Assembly (NCBI GenBank): GCA_965214405.1
Contig: OZ243956.1
Span: forward strand, 2,848,001 to 2,912,000
From: Trueperaceae bacterium
Lineage (GTDB): Bacteria > Deinococcota > Deinococci > Deinococcales > Trueperaceae
Reading direction: 5' to 3'
Length of the DNA: 64,000 nt
The translations under genes were made by a program, and so were the position numbers. Positions 41,298-51,692 of this stretch are shown piece by piece; the first letter of the stretch is position 1; each line of letters starts with the position of its first letter. Below the pieces are notes generated by a model that worked only from the letters and a program-made list of their open reading frames with translations, was not told the origin of the DNA and searched no databases.

Positions 41298-42143
41298 ATG
41301 GATGAAGAGAATAAAACTGGGTTGACTCTCGGCAAAATTGCTAGAGTTGTTGTGGTAGGGGGTCCCGTCGTTGCTGCCGCTGCGCTCTCACAATTTGACC
41401 CACACACAGCCGCTCTTTGGGCAGCCAGTACAATGTCCCTTCAATTGATGAGTCCTACTGACCGTGAAATTTTCGCTACTGAATTCAGCAGTAACAAAGC
41501 TGCAATAGCAGAGGAAATTCTACATTCTGAGGAGTTTGTTCGCGCTTTCAAAACTACGATAGAGGCAGCTTCTAAAACAAAGTCGGAAGAGAAGATTAGA
41601 CTTATTGCGCGACTCCTGCGTTCAGGAGCAGAGCAAGGTGTAATCAACGACTTTGATGAATTCAAGGAATACGTTGACATCGCTGATGATCTCTCTTCTC
41701 GAGAGGTGGTTGCCCTCACTGTTCTTGATAGGTTTCTGACAGCACAGCCGGGCGCTGAAAATCCTGAAAGCGCCATAAAGGCATATAAATATAGGGTCAG
41801 CTCAGAAGTGGCAACTTATCCTAGACCTCGCCTAGATGATCCAGAACTATACTCCGCAAATTATGAACAGATAATAAACGAAGGAAAAATGGAGTTTTTT
41901 GGTAGAGAGATAAGGTCGCAGGAGTTCTCCTGGCTCGTTGTGAAACTCGGTTTAATGCAGAAGCTAAGCGTTTCAGAAACGGAAGTGCAAGGGATTCTAA
42001 GCCGAATTTCTCGAACTGGTTTGATTACTCTTACCCATCCCACCTTTGGCAAGAGGCCCAACATAGAAGCCGTACCCACCTTGACTCATATTTTTTATAA
42101 GTTCAAGGGACTTGTTCTCAAAGAACACAACACGATCTGCTAA
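41298..42143 (+). CDS. AT-richer hypothetical protein, Abi-alpha/DUF4393-like
   Basis: Codon usage differs from neighbours; AASKTKSEEKIRLIARLL...YVDIADDLSSREVVAL; C-terminal LSRISRTGLI winged-helix-like segment. Confidence 0.55.
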   Translation: MDEENKTGLTLGKIARVVVVGGPVVAAAALSQFDPHTAALWAASTMSLQLMSPTDREIFATEFSSNKAAIAEEILHSEEFVRAFKTTIEAASKTKSEEKIRLIARLLRSGAEQGVINDFDEFKEYVDIADDLSSREVVALTVLDRFLTAQPGAENPESAIKAYKYRVSSEVATYPRPRLDDPELYSANYEQIINEGKMEFFGREIRSQEFSWLVVKLGLMQKLSVSETEVQGILSRISRTGLITLTHPTFGKRPNIEAVPTLTHIFYKFKGLVLKEHNTIC

Positions 42144-42259
42144 CCCTCTGAAGACGTTTTAGTTATTAAATTCAAGAGCCGTGAGTCCTGAACATTCTAT
42201 CTGTACGCTTCATTCCATCATCACGTATACTCGAGCATCTTAAACCACGTGAGGATGCC

Positions 42260-43120
42260 ATGATTGCGATTATCACCGATTCGACTTGCGACCTACCTGC
42301 CGAGACCCTGGAAGCGCTCAACGTCCGGCGCGTGCCCCTCTACGTCCATTTCAAGGGCGAGACTTATAAGGACTGGCTCGAGATTAGCGCCAAAGAAATC
42401 GTCGAGGGCGTGCAGGCGGGCGCGGCGCTGCCCACCACGAGCCAGCCGAGCCCGCAGGATTTCGGGAAGGTCTTTAAGGAGGCGGTGGCGGACGGGGCTA
42501 CCGAAATCCTCTGCCTCGACATTAGCGGCGAACTCTCGGGCACCGTCGCCTCGGCGAATCTCGCCAAGGAAGAGGCGAGCGTGCCGGTCACGGTCATCGA
42601 CACGAGGTCGTGCAGCGTCGGCATCGGCGCAATGGTCGCGCGCGCCGCGGGGCTCCGCGACGAGGGCAAGAGCATGGCGGAGATTGTCGCGGTGATGGAG
42701 GAGATGAAGAGCGAGCTGAAACTCCTTTTCTCAGTCGGCTCTTTGGAGTTTTTGCAAAAGGGCGGGCGCATCGGGCGGGCGAGCGCGCTTTTGGGCGGGC
42801 TCCTCAACATCAAGCCTATCTTAAGCCTCAACGACGGCACGGTCGAGGCTGTCGGGCGGGCGCGCGGGGCCAAAAAGGCGCTCAAGGAGATGGTCGACCG
42901 GGTGCAGAGCTACGCGGCGTCTCACAAAGGCGAACTCATCATCTACTTTTTACACGTGCAGGATGAAGAGGACATTGACACCCTGCGTAATGCTCTCAAA
43001 ACAGCGGGCGTGTCCTACAGCGACAAAGGCTCTTTCGAAATCGGCGCGGTGGTCGCCGCGCACGTGGACCGGGGACGTACGGGCTTTTTATGTACAGCGA
43101 GTAAAGCGCCTCGCTACTGA
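42260..43120 (+). CDS. degV: DegV family fatty-acid-binding protein with apparent 3' frameshift
   Basis: TDSTCDL, TTSQPSP, LSGT, LQKGGRIG, NIKPIL; the terminal HVGPG motif is broken at about 43066. Confidence 0.9.
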   Translation: MIAIITDSTCDLPAETLEALNVRRVPLYVHFKGETYKDWLEISAKEIVEGVQAGAALPTTSQPSPQDFGKVFKEAVADGATEILCLDISGELSGTVASANLAKEEASVPVTVIDTRSCSVGIGAMVARAAGLRDEGKSMAEIVAVMEEMKSELKLLFSVGSLEFLQKGGRIGRASALLGGLLNIKPILSLNDGTVEAVGRARGAKKALKEMVDRVQSYAASHKGELIIYFLHVQDEEDIDTLRNALKTAGVSYSDKGSFEIGAVVAAHVDRGRTGFLCTASKAPRY

Positions 43121-43198
43121 AGATGACCCAGTAAAACGCACAAGCAGGACAGGAAAATCTTATATACCGCTCCCTGGTGCCTGTGCCTATGATGGGGG

Positions 43199-44689
43199 GT
43201 GCTTGCTCGAGTCCTCTCCGCCGCCGTCTTAGGTGTCGACGCCTTTGAAGTCCAAATTGAAGTCGACATCTCCAACGGCCTGCCCTGCGTGATGGTCGTG
43301 GGTCTGCCCGACGCCGCCGTGCAGGAGTCGCGCGAAAGGGTGCGGGCTGCCATAAAGAACGCCGGGCTGCCCTTTCCCGCAAGCCGCATTGTGATTAATC
43401 TTGCCCCCGCCGACGTGCGCAAAGAAGGCCCAGCCTTTGACTTGCCCATCGCCGTCGCGCTTTTGGCGGCCCAGGGCATCATCAACTCCGAGGCGCTTGC
43501 CGACGCGGTTTTGAGCGGCGAACTGGCGTTAGACGGCACCATTCGGCCCATCCGGGGCGCCATCAACATCGGGCTGTTCGCGGCGGAGGCGGGGTACAAG
43601 CAGGTGGTGGTGCCCTTAGAAAACGCCGCCGAGACGGCGGTGGTGGACGATATCGAGGTCTACGCGCCCCGGACGCTGCTCGAGGCCGTCGAGTTTTTTC
43701 AGGGACGGCACGTTTTAAGAGCCGCCGAGCCCGCGCATATAGAAACGCAAGAGGACCTGCTCGACCTCCACGACGTCAAGGGCCAGGCCGCCGCCAAACG
43801 CGCGCTGGAAATCGCCGCGGCGGGCGCGCACAACCTGCTCATGACGGGGCCGCCGGGCTCGGGTAAAACGATGCTGGCGCGGCGACTGCCCGGCATCTTG
43901 CCACCCTTAGCCAGGGGCGAGGCCATCGAGGTGACGCGCATCCACTCCACGGCGGGGGTGCTCAAGCGGAGCGGCCTTATCAGGCATCCTCCCTTTAGGA
44001 GTCCGCACCACACCGTCTCGGACGCAGGACTGATTGGCGGGGGCAACGTGCCTAAGCCCGGTGAGGTGAGTCTGGCCCACCGCGGGGTGCTTTTTCTTGA
44101 CGAATTCCCCGAATTTTCCCGCAAGGCGCTCGAGGTCCTTAGGCAGCCGCTCGAGGACGGCGTCGTGACTATCAGCCGCGCACGGGCCGCGCTAACTTTC
44201 CCGGCTCGCTTTATGCTCGTCGCCTCACAAAATCCTTGCCCCTGCGGTCACTTTGGCGACCCGCAAAAGGCGTGTACCTGTACCCCCAGTATGCGCCAGC
44301 GCTACCGCGACCGCATCAGCGGGCCTCTTTTAGACCGCATCGACTTGCGCGTCGGCGTGCCGCGCCTGCCCGCTGACGACCTCCTGCGGACGCCGCCCGG
44401 CGAGGGGAGCGAGGAGGTAAAAGCGCGCGTGCTCGCCGCCAGAGCGTGCGCGGTCGAGCGGCAGGGGGTCCCGAATGCGCTCCTCGTGGGGCAGGCGTTG
44501 CGCCGCTTTGCCAACCTCTCCGGGGGTGCCGAGGGCTTTATGAAGGCGATGATTAAGCAGCTTTCGCTCTCGGGCCGCGGCTATGACCGCCTGTTGCGCG
44601 TCGCGCGCACGGTCGCCGATTTGTCCCACGCGGACGCGGTGAGTGAGGAGCATTTGGCTGAGGCGGCGGGGTACAGGGACACGCTTTAG
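43199..44689 (+). CDS. comM: YifB/ComM Mg-chelatase-like AAA+ ATPase
   Basis: [54 protein letters not shown]. Confidence 0.93.
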   Translation: MLARVLSAAVLGVDAFEVQIEVDISNGLPCVMVVGLPDAAVQESRERVRAAIKNAGLPFPASRIVINLAPADVRKEGPAFDLPIAVALLAAQGIINSEALADAVLSGELALDGTIRPIRGAINIGLFAAEAGYKQVVVPLENAAETAVVDDIEVYAPRTLLEAVEFFQGRHVLRAAEPAHIETQEDLLDLHDVKGQAAAKRALEIAAAGAHNLLMTGPPGSGKTMLARRLPGILPPLARGEAIEVTRIHSTAGVLKRSGLIRHPPFRSPHHTVSDAGLIGGGNVPKPGEVSLAHRGVLFLDEFPEFSRKALEVLRQPLEDGVVTISRARAALTFPARFMLVASQNPCPCGHFGDPQKACTCTPSMRQRYRDRISGPLLDRIDLRVGVPRLPADDLLRTPPGEGSEEVKARVLAARACAVERQGVPNALLVGQALRRFANLSGGAEGFMKAMIKQLSLSGRGYDRLLRVARTVADLSHADAVSEEHLAEAAGYRDTL

Positions 44690-44842
44690 AAGGTTTTTAA
44701 TCTTTTGGTTGGGCTCGAGCAGCATTCCGCATCTTCAATAAGGCGAGCTTTTCATCCGCAGCAGGTTCGTCAAGCATGAACAGGTCTGGCGGAGGCGCTC
44801 GAGCATAGAGAGGAGATTTATGCTTACAGGTCTAGTGACGGC

Positions 44843-45604
44843 GTGAGTCGGGCGCTTATCGCTGGTGCGGTGCTGGTTTTTTCAGGATCAGTCAACGCTG
44901 GGATGACGCAGGCGCAGCTCGAGCAGGTGAGCGTGAATACGCAGTTGCAAGCACTTACCAAGGTGCCCTTTACGGTTGACACAGCCGAAATTACCGGGGG
45001 GGTAGAAGTTTCGGCGGGTCAAAAGGAGGGTCTTTTTCTCGATGACGGCGAAACGTCCGGAACCTTTGAGTTACCCCGTCCTTTGACCCCGGAAGACCCT
45101 CTTATGCTGGTGACCCTTTGGGGGGCCGATGTATCCCTTGTCGCCCAAGATGTGCTCATCTACGGTGTGAAAGAGAGTTTGACCTTTGACGCCACCAACG
45201 CTGCTAAAGGACTCGTTATGTTCCTTCTTAACGGTTCCACGCTCTCAACAGACCGTCTCATAACGATTTACTCAAAGATAGAGGCTCATCCTGACTTTCC
45301 GAACCTGGTAGGGTTCATGCGTACGCACAAGGGCTATCCTGACGGTGACGCATTGCTTGACGACATGATCGACATCTCTTTCCCCATCATTAACGATTTG
45401 GTGGCAGAATTAAATGATACAAAGGAGCCAGCAGGCTCTCTCACCCCCCAGACCGTCCGCAGCGGCTACGGCTTCCCCAGAACCTCAACTTTTACGCTGA
45501 CGCAGCCCGAGGATTCGAACGCAGTCACGGTAGAAGCCAGCAGTATGCTCGAGTTCAGGCTCATGATTTTTGAGGGAGGCGTAGGTAGAGACGCCCTCAG
45601 CTAA
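44843..45604 (+). CDS. Hypothetical secreted protein, possibly a fragment; true start may be ATG 44820 via frameshift
   Basis: Signal-peptide-like N terminus; the strong RBS AGAGGAG precedes an out-of-frame ATG at 44820. Confidence 0.5.
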   Translation: MSRALIAGAVLVFSGSVNAGMTQAQLEQVSVNTQLQALTKVPFTVDTAEITGGVEVSAGQKEGLFLDDGETSGTFELPRPLTPEDPLMLVTLWGADVSLVAQDVLIYGVKESLTFDATNAAKGLVMFLLNGSTLSTDRLITIYSKIEAHPDFPNLVGFMRTHKGYPDGDALLDDMIDISFPIINDLVAELNDTKEPAGSLTPQTVRSGYGFPRTSTFTLTQPEDSNAVTVEASSMLEFRLMIFEGGVGRDALS

Positions 45605-45888
45605 TCCCCCTCTCAAGTTTTATGGATGGTTGTGCCTCTGCCTCGAGCCGCCCCCACCCCTCCCTCTTCTCACACCCAAAGCCCGTAAGAAGAGTCCCAA
45701 ACGTGACAATTGTCCCTAGTTCCCCCCTGAGCCTTCCATGATAAAGTGGCGCTAACGTATCGCTTGATTTCGGTCTCGCGGCAACGCATGGTGCTTGGTA
45801 GAGGGGTTTGGATAGGCTGTGCAGGTGCTGTTTCTGGCGCACCCCAACTATTTTCTGGACACCACGCAACTCACGCAAGGAGGATGAT

Positions 45889-47286
45889 GTGCCTATAACG
45901 AAGTGGTCGCGCCGAGGCGCGCGAAGCGCCCTGGCCCTGCTCGGGTTTCTGGGGCTCGCCGCGCTGCTGGCGGGGTGTGCGGTCGATCCGGAGTCGGTTT
46001 TTACCACGCGGCAGTCGGCACTCAATCCGGCGGGTGAGGTGGCGCGGGAGCAGCTTGCGCTCTTTAGAACCACCCTCTGGTGGGGGATAGCCGTGCTTGC
46101 GGTGGTGGCGGGCGGAATTATCTACTCAGTCGTGCGCTTTCGCCGCCGCCCGGACAGTGAAGGCATCCCGGAGCAGATCGAGGGGGCTTTATGGTTGGAG
46201 TTTACCTGGACCTTTATTCCCGCGATCATTTTGGTGATTATCGGCATCCCGACGGTCAGGCTTATTTTTAACACCGAGCGCTACGTCGAGGCCACCAACG
46301 CGGACTTGCGCGTGAACGTGGTTGGGCATCAGTGGTGGTGGGAATTTGAATATCCCGATTTGGGCATTGTCACGGCCAACGAGCTTCACATCCCTGTAGG
46401 GCGGCGCGTTATCTTGGACCTCGATTCGGCGGACGTGCTCCACTCGTTCTGGGTGCCCCGGTTGGGCGGCAAGCGTGACCTCATCCCCAATCAGGACAAC
46501 CAGCTCTGGCTCTCCGCCGACGACGCGGGTCTCTACTACGGTCACTGCGCCGAACTCTGCTTGACCGCGCACGCCTATATGCGCTTCCGGGTGGTGGCTG
46601 ATACCGACGAGGCGTTCGCAAGCTGGGTGGCGGCTTTTAGAAACGAGGGTGAGGCGCAACTGGCCTTTCAGGAGACTGGAGCAGGCATGAGGGCCGGGGT
46701 CACAAGCGTGCCAGCAAATACGGCGGGAGCCATGTCGGAGACTATGTCAGAAACTCCACCGGCAGACGCATCAGAATTCGCGTCGGCGGTGGGCTATACC
46801 CTTCAAACCGAGTCTGTTCCGCCTGCGGTCAATCCCGTTGCGGACCCCACCGCCGGGCTTAATTTAGATCCTCAGACCGTGGAAACGGGCAGGGCGCTCT
46901 TCAAGACAAAGGGGTGCGCGGGCTGCCACGCGGTTCGGGGCTACGCGCAGGGGCAGATTGGGCCGGACCTGACTAACTTTGGTTTGCGCACCTCTGTTGC
47001 GGCGGGGGTGCTCGAGAACACCCCGGAAAATCTGGCCGCCTGGCTCCGCAACCCCGAGGCGGTCAAACCGGGCAACTACATGCCCATCTTGTGGACGGCG
47101 GACGACCCCAACGCCGACGAAGAAATAACGGCGCTGGTCGCGTATTTGGAGAGTTTGGGACACGAAGAAGCGGCGACCGCCAGCACTGCGGCTCCCCCCC
47201 TTTCTACTCCTACTTCTACCCCGGCATCAACCCCTACCCCTACATCCGTAGCGGCATCCTTGGGAGGCAACAGTGGCAATCGGTAG
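45889..47286 (+). CDS. coxB: Cytochrome c oxidase subunit II with fused cytochrome c (caa3 type), lipoprotein
   Basis: Lipobox LAGC, HQWWWEF, DVLHSFWVP, CuA motif CAELCLTAHAYM, heme motif CAGCH...PGNYMP; AAGGAGG RBS. Confidence 0.93.
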   Translation: MPITKWSRRGARSALALLGFLGLAALLAGCAVDPESVFTTRQSALNPAGEVAREQLALFRTTLWWGIAVLAVVAGGIIYSVVRFRRRPDSEGIPEQIEGALWLEFTWTFIPAIILVIIGIPTVRLIFNTERYVEATNADLRVNVVGHQWWWEFEYPDLGIVTANELHIPVGRRVILDLDSADVLHSFWVPRLGGKRDLIPNQDNQLWLSADDAGLYYGHCAELCLTAHAYMRFRVVADTDEAFASWVAAFRNEGEAQLAFQETGAGMRAGVTSVPANTAGAMSETMSETPPADASEFASAVGYTLQTESVPPAVNPVADPTAGLNLDPQTVETGRALFKTKGCAGCHAVRGYAQGQIGPDLTNFGLRTSVAAGVLENTPENLAAWLRNPEAVKPGNYMPILWTADDPNADEEITALVAYLESLGHEEAATASTAAPPLSTPTSTPASTPTPTSVAASLGGNSGNR

Positions 47287-49195
47287 ACAACCCGCGAGAC
47301 CTGTAACCGACACCGGCCTGTGGGGGCGGCCCACCGCCCAAACGGGCGTCGTGAGTTGGCTTACGACGGTTGATCACAAGCGCTTAGGCATCCTTTATTT
47401 TGTAACAACCTTTGGCTTTTTTCTCTTGGGTAGCGTTGAGGCGGGACTCATCCGCTTGCAGTTGGCGCGGCCCAACCAGACCCTTATCGGACCCGAAATT
47501 TATAACCAGCTTTTCACCATGCACGGCGTGACCATGATTTTTCTGGCGATCATGCCCCTGGGTACCGCCTTTGCCAACTATTTCGTGCCGCTGATGATCG
47601 GCGCGCGCGACTTAGCATTCCCGCGCATGAACGCCTTTGGATATTGGGCTTACTTCGCGGGTGGGATTATTATTTACTCGAGCTTTTTCTTGGGCGGCGC
47701 GCCCAACGCGGGCTGGTTCGCTTACGCGCCGCTGACGCAACTTGACTACAACCCGGGGCACGGCATCGACTTCTATTTGGTGGGTCTGTTCGTGAGCGGT
47801 ATCGGTACGCTCGTGACCGCGATGAACTTAATCGTCACCATCATCAACATGCGCGCGCCCGGCATGACGCTGATGCGGATGCCGCTTTTCCCGTGGATGA
47901 TTCTGGTCACCGCCTTTTTGGTTATCTTTGCGTTCCCGCCCCTGACCATCGCGCTTTTTCAGATGATCATGGACCGGTCGTTCGGCACGCTTTTTTACGA
48001 TCCTGCGGCGGGCGGTCTGCCGATCTTTTGGCAGCACCTCTTCTGGGTGTTCGGACACCCGGAGGTCTACATCGTCATCTTGCCCGCTTTCGGCATCATT
48101 TCCGAGGTGATCCCGACGTTTTCGCGCAAGCCGCTGTTCGGTTACCCGATGGTGGTCTTGGCGGGTATCTTTATCGGCTTTATGGGCTTTGCGGTGTGGA
48201 GCCACCACATGTTTACGACGGGTCTGGGTCCGGTCGCCTCGTCCGCGTTTGCGATTACGAGCTTTGTCATCGCCATCCCAACAGGTATCAAGGTGTTTAA
48301 CTGGATTGCGACGATGTGGCGGGGGCAGATCTGGTTTACCACCGCGATGCTTTTTGCCATCGCCTTTTTGTTTACCTTTACGCTGGGCGGCATCACGGGC
48401 ATTATGGTCGCGGTGCCTCCTTTTGACGCGCAGGCGCAGGACTCTTACTTTGTGGTGGCGCACTTTCACTACGTGATGGGCGGCGGCGCGCTGCTGTCGT
48501 TTTTTGCGGGCGTCTACTACTGGTTCCCCAAAATGACCGGGCGTCTTTTGAGTGAGCGCCTGGGCAAATGGGTGTTCGCGCTTACCGTGGGCGGCTTTCA
48601 CCTCACCTTTTTCCCGATGCACTTTCTTGGGCTTCAGGGGATGCCGCGGCGCGTGCAGACCTATCAGGCGGGGATCGGGCTCGAGTGGAATAATCTTCTC
48701 GCCACCGCGGGCGCAGGCCTTTTGGGTCTTGGTGTACTTCTGTTCCTCTTCTCGCTCCTGCGCGACATACGTACGGGCAAGGTGGCGGGCAACGACCCCT
48801 GGGACGCGCGCACCTTGGAGTGGAGCACCACCTCGCCGCCCCCACATTATGATTTTGAAAATCTGCCCAAAGTGCATGACCGCGATCCTTTGTGGTTGGA
48901 AAAGCACCCCGAACTGTTAGAAGAGCGCGACGAGCTCTCCCAGGCCGCCGACGACCCCTCGCGCGAGGGCGAATACGACGAATCGGGCGGCATCCATATT
49001 CCCGCGCAGTCGTGGTATCCCTTTATCGCCTCGGTAGGTTTGCTGCTGGGCGGCTACGCGGTCATTTACGAAAACTGGATTCTTGGTACCTTTTGCTTTG
49101 TCGTCATCACGTTTAGCACCTACGCCTGGGCCTTTGAGGGCGTGGGCGGCGAGCATATTCATCCCGAAACGGGTCATCCCGGGAGACACGCGTGA
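47273..49195 (+). CDS. coxA: Cytochrome c oxidase subunit I (A1 type)
   Basis: TVDHK, GHPEVY, WSHHM, AHFHY, GMPRR. Confidence 0.97.
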   Translation: MAIGRQPARPVTDTGLWGRPTAQTGVVSWLTTVDHKRLGILYFVTTFGFFLLGSVEAGLIRLQLARPNQTLIGPEIYNQLFTMHGVTMIFLAIMPLGTAFANYFVPLMIGARDLAFPRMNAFGYWAYFAGGIIIYSSFFLGGAPNAGWFAYAPLTQLDYNPGHGIDFYLVGLFVSGIGTLVTAMNLIVTIINMRAPGMTLMRMPLFPWMILVTAFLVIFAFPPLTIALFQMIMDRSFGTLFYDPAAGGLPIFWQHLFWVFGHPEVYIVILPAFGIISEVIPTFSRKPLFGYPMVVLAGIFIGFMGFAVWSHHMFTTGLGPVASSAFAITSFVIAIPTGIKVFNWIATMWRGQIWFTTAMLFAIAFLFTFTLGGITGIMVAVPPFDAQAQDSYFVVAHFHYVMGGGALLSFFAGVYYWFPKMTGRLLSERLGKWVFALTVGGFHLTFFPMHFLGLQGMPRRVQTYQAGIGLEWNNLLATAGAGLLGLGVLLFLFSLLRDIRTGKVAGNDPWDARTLEWSTTSPPPHYDFENLPKVHDRDPLWLEKHPELLEERDELSQAADDPSREGEYDESGGIHIPAQSWYPFIASVGLLLGGYAVIYENWILGTFCFVVITFSTYAWAFEGVGGEHIHPETGHPGRHA

Positions 49196-49785
49196 GTTTT
49201 GTTACCGAACAGGGCGACTACCGCTCGACCGCCCTGCCCGACCGTAAACTTCTGATGTGGATTTTTCTGGCGTCGGACTGTATGTTCTTTGCGGCGCTCA
49301 TCGGCACTTACGTTGTTTACAATGGTCGCAGCTTGATGGGGCCTTACCCCGTCGACGTGCTCGACATCCCCCTAACCACCGTCAGCACCTTTGTATTGCT
49401 CATGAGTTCGTTTTTGATGGTGCTGGCGCTCCACGCGCTGCGCGAGGATCACATCCAGCAGTTCCGGCTCTGGACCTTTGGGGTCTGCTTTTTCGGCGCC
49501 ATCTTCTTGGGCTTTCAGGTCTACGAGTTCAACCACTTCGTCCACGAGGGCCTGACGCTACAACAAAACCTCTTCGGCTCGACCTTTTTCGTGCTCACCG
49601 GCACCCACGGCGTCCACGTGACCATCGGGGTGCTCTGGCTCTTGTCCATCCTCATTCATTCGTACGTCAAGCCGACCTCGTCTAAAGACGCGCTCTCCTT
49701 AGAAATTGCCGGGCTTTACTGGCACTTTGTCGACATCGTCTGGATCATCATCTTTACGGTTGTTTACCTGGTGGAGTTCGTGTGA
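49192..49785 (+). CDS. coxC: Cytochrome c oxidase subunit III
   Basis: WIFLASDCMFF, TGTHGVHV, YWHFVDIVW. Confidence 0.93.
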   Translation: MSFVTEQGDYRSTALPDRKLLMWIFLASDCMFFAALIGTYVVYNGRSLMGPYPVDVLDIPLTTVSTFVLLMSSFLMVLALHALREDHIQQFRLWTFGVCFFGAIFLGFQVYEFNHFVHEGLTLQQNLFGSTFFVLTGTHGVHVTIGVLWLLSILIHSYVKPTSSKDALSLEIAGLYWHFVDIVWIIIFTVVYLVEFV

Positions 49786-51692
49786 GCAAGGACCCGACGC
49801 AAAAACCCGATACTTCGGTGGGGACGTACATCCTCATCGCGGTGGTTCTGGCGATCATCACCTACCTCGAATTCGCCATCGTCGAGTACGATATCGCCTG
49901 GCTCGACTCGACCGCCACGCTCGCGTGGTTGGTCATCATGTCGGTTATCAAGTTCATCCTGGTCGTCGCGTTTTTCATGCACCTCAAGCAGGACGACCGC
50001 ATTTTCACCGGCTTTTTCTCCTCGGGGATGGCGATCGCGGTGGGCACGCTCCTCGCGCTCTCGATTTTGCTGACCGTTCGTAGCCTTTCGGTTACCAATA
50101 CGCCTCAGTTAGAGGTGGCCGAAATAAGAGCGGGCGTGCCGGTGGCCGAGGGCGACTTAGGGCACGCGCAGGAACTTTATGCGGAGGCGTGCTCGAGCTG
50201 TCACGCGCTAGACGGCCTGGGTACCGCGAGCGTGATGCCGCCCCTCGTCCAGCAGATGCCGCTGCTTTTGCAGGCCGACGGGGGCCGCGCTCACGTGATC
50301 AACACGCTTTTGTACGGACTTGAAGGTCCCATCCAGGTTTTGGGCGAGACTTACGACGGCATCCAGCCCGCGCAGGGTTACCTTCACGATGAAGAGCTCG
50401 CGGACATCCTCAACTACAGCGCGCAGGCCTGGGGCAACGATCAGCTCCTGCCCGACTTCACGCCCTTTACCGCCGAAGAGGTCGCGGAAAGGCGCGGGGA
50501 GGCGCTTTCCGCCGCGCAGGTCTACAGCCTGCGGCAGGCTCTCACGCTCCCTCAAGTCGCCACTGCCCCCCTCTTGCGCCGCCGCCCCTTGACCGCGCAG
50601 CTCGACACGCCCGAGCCGAAATACCTGAGGCTGGACTTGGGGCCGGATTCGGCGGTGTCGGAATACCGCACCCCGACTGTTCCCGGTGCTCAGCCCATCA
50701 ATCCCGCAGATGCGCCCCCCGAACCCCGCGTCGAACAAAACGGCTACGCGCCCCTTTATGAGCCAGGCAGCGCTCGAGAGCACGGCGACGGCGACCCCGA
50801 CACCGCCATCGAGGAGCGCGCCGAAGCGGGCACCGTCGACCCTGAAGAGGCCCAGCACAGCGCGCCTTTGGAGCTCGGCCCCGGTCACACGGCCACAGGC
50901 GCAACGGGTGGCGAGAGCGCCTTTGCATCATCCTTGCTTAGCCGCGAGGGGAATTATGCGCCCTTGGGTGGTACAGGTGGGGTGACGCTGGTAGAAACGG
51001 GCGAAGCGCCCACTCTAACGACCGCTCCCCCCGGTGATGTGGATGTTCTCGAGGCGGTAACAGGGGGAAGCGTACAAGAAACTCCCCCAGCAGCTTCCGC
51101 GGTGGCCCCACTTGGTGCCACACAAGAGTCAGCCCCACCCGCTCCCGCGCAGCAGCAACCAGCTCCTCCCGCAGCGCCTAATACAGCACCACCTGCCACA
51201 GCGCCCGGTACAGCACCCACCGCAGCGACGACAGGAGGTGCAGCCGAGGCGGCGACGCAGCCCCCACAAGCAGCTCCGGCGGCGTTTGATTGGCAGGAAC
51301 TCGGTACCACCATCTACACCGGCAACTGCTCGTCTTGCCACCAACCCAACGGCGAGGGCATCGTGGGCGCGTTCCCGCCCCTCGCGGGCCACATGCCAGA
51401 GCTCTTGCAAACCGAGGGCGGGCGCGAATACCTCGTCAACGTGCTTCTTTACGGTTTGCAGGGCGAGATCAACGTGGAGGGCCAGACCTACAACGGCGTC
51501 ATGACTGCCTGGGCGAGCTTAGGAGACGAGCAGATCGCGGCAGTGCTGAACCACGAATCGACCTCATGGGGCAACGCGGACGCGCTCTCAACCTTCGAGC
51601 CCTTCCAGCCTGGAGAAATCGCGGCGCAGCGCGGTCTGGGTCTTAGCAGCACGGACGTGTATGAGCTCCGGCAGACCCTGAGGCTCGAGTAA
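49782..51692 (+). CDS. Cytochrome c oxidase subunit IV fused to two c552-like cytochrome c domains
   Basis: Three TM segments with VAFFMHLK; two CSSCH motifs, each followed by GGR...LLYGL.G.I.V.G.TY.G; Pro/Ala/Thr-rich linker. Confidence 0.85.
   Translation: MSKDPTQKPDTSVGTYILIAVVLAIITYLEFAIVEYDIAWLDSTATLAWLVIMSVIKFILVVAFFMHLKQDDRIFTGFFSSGMAIAVGTLLALSILLTVRSLSVTNTPQLEVAEIRAGVPVAEGDLGHAQELYAEACSSCHALDGLGTASVMPPLVQQMPLLLQADGGRAHVINTLLYGLEGPIQVLGETYDGIQPAQGYLHDEELADILNYSAQAWGNDQLLPDFTPFTAEEVAERRGEALSAAQVYSLRQALTLPQVATAPLLRRRPLTAQLDTPEPKYLRLDLGPDSAVSEYRTPTVPGAQPINPADAPPEPRVEQNGYAPLYEPGSAREHGDGDPDTAIEERAEAGTVDPEEAQHSAPLELGPGHTATGATGGESAFASSLLSREGNYAPLGGTGGVTLVETGEAPTLTTAPPGDVDVLEAVTGGSVQETPPAASAVAPLGATQESAPPAPAQQQPAPPAAPNTAPPATAPGTAPTAATTGGAAEAATQPPQAAPAAFDWQELGTTIYTGNCSSCHQPNGEGIVGAFPPLAGHMPELLQTEGGREYLVNVLLYGLQGEINVEGQTYNGVMTAWASLGDEQIAAVLNHESTSWGNADALSTFEPFQPGEIAAQRGLGLSSTDVYELRQTLRLE

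Noticed and set aside
45700..45722. CRP/FNR-like site upstream of the cox operon
   Set aside because: Only one half-site resembles the consensus; too weak to call.
46544..46581. Atypical CuA motif (CAELCLTAHAYM)
   Set aside because: All copper ligands (C, E, C, H, M) are present; only the usual Gly is replaced.
47828..48907. Long antisense ORF (359 aa) and similar shadow ORFs over htpG, hslU and galT
   Set aside because: Expected on the reverse strand of GC-rich genes; no family motifs.
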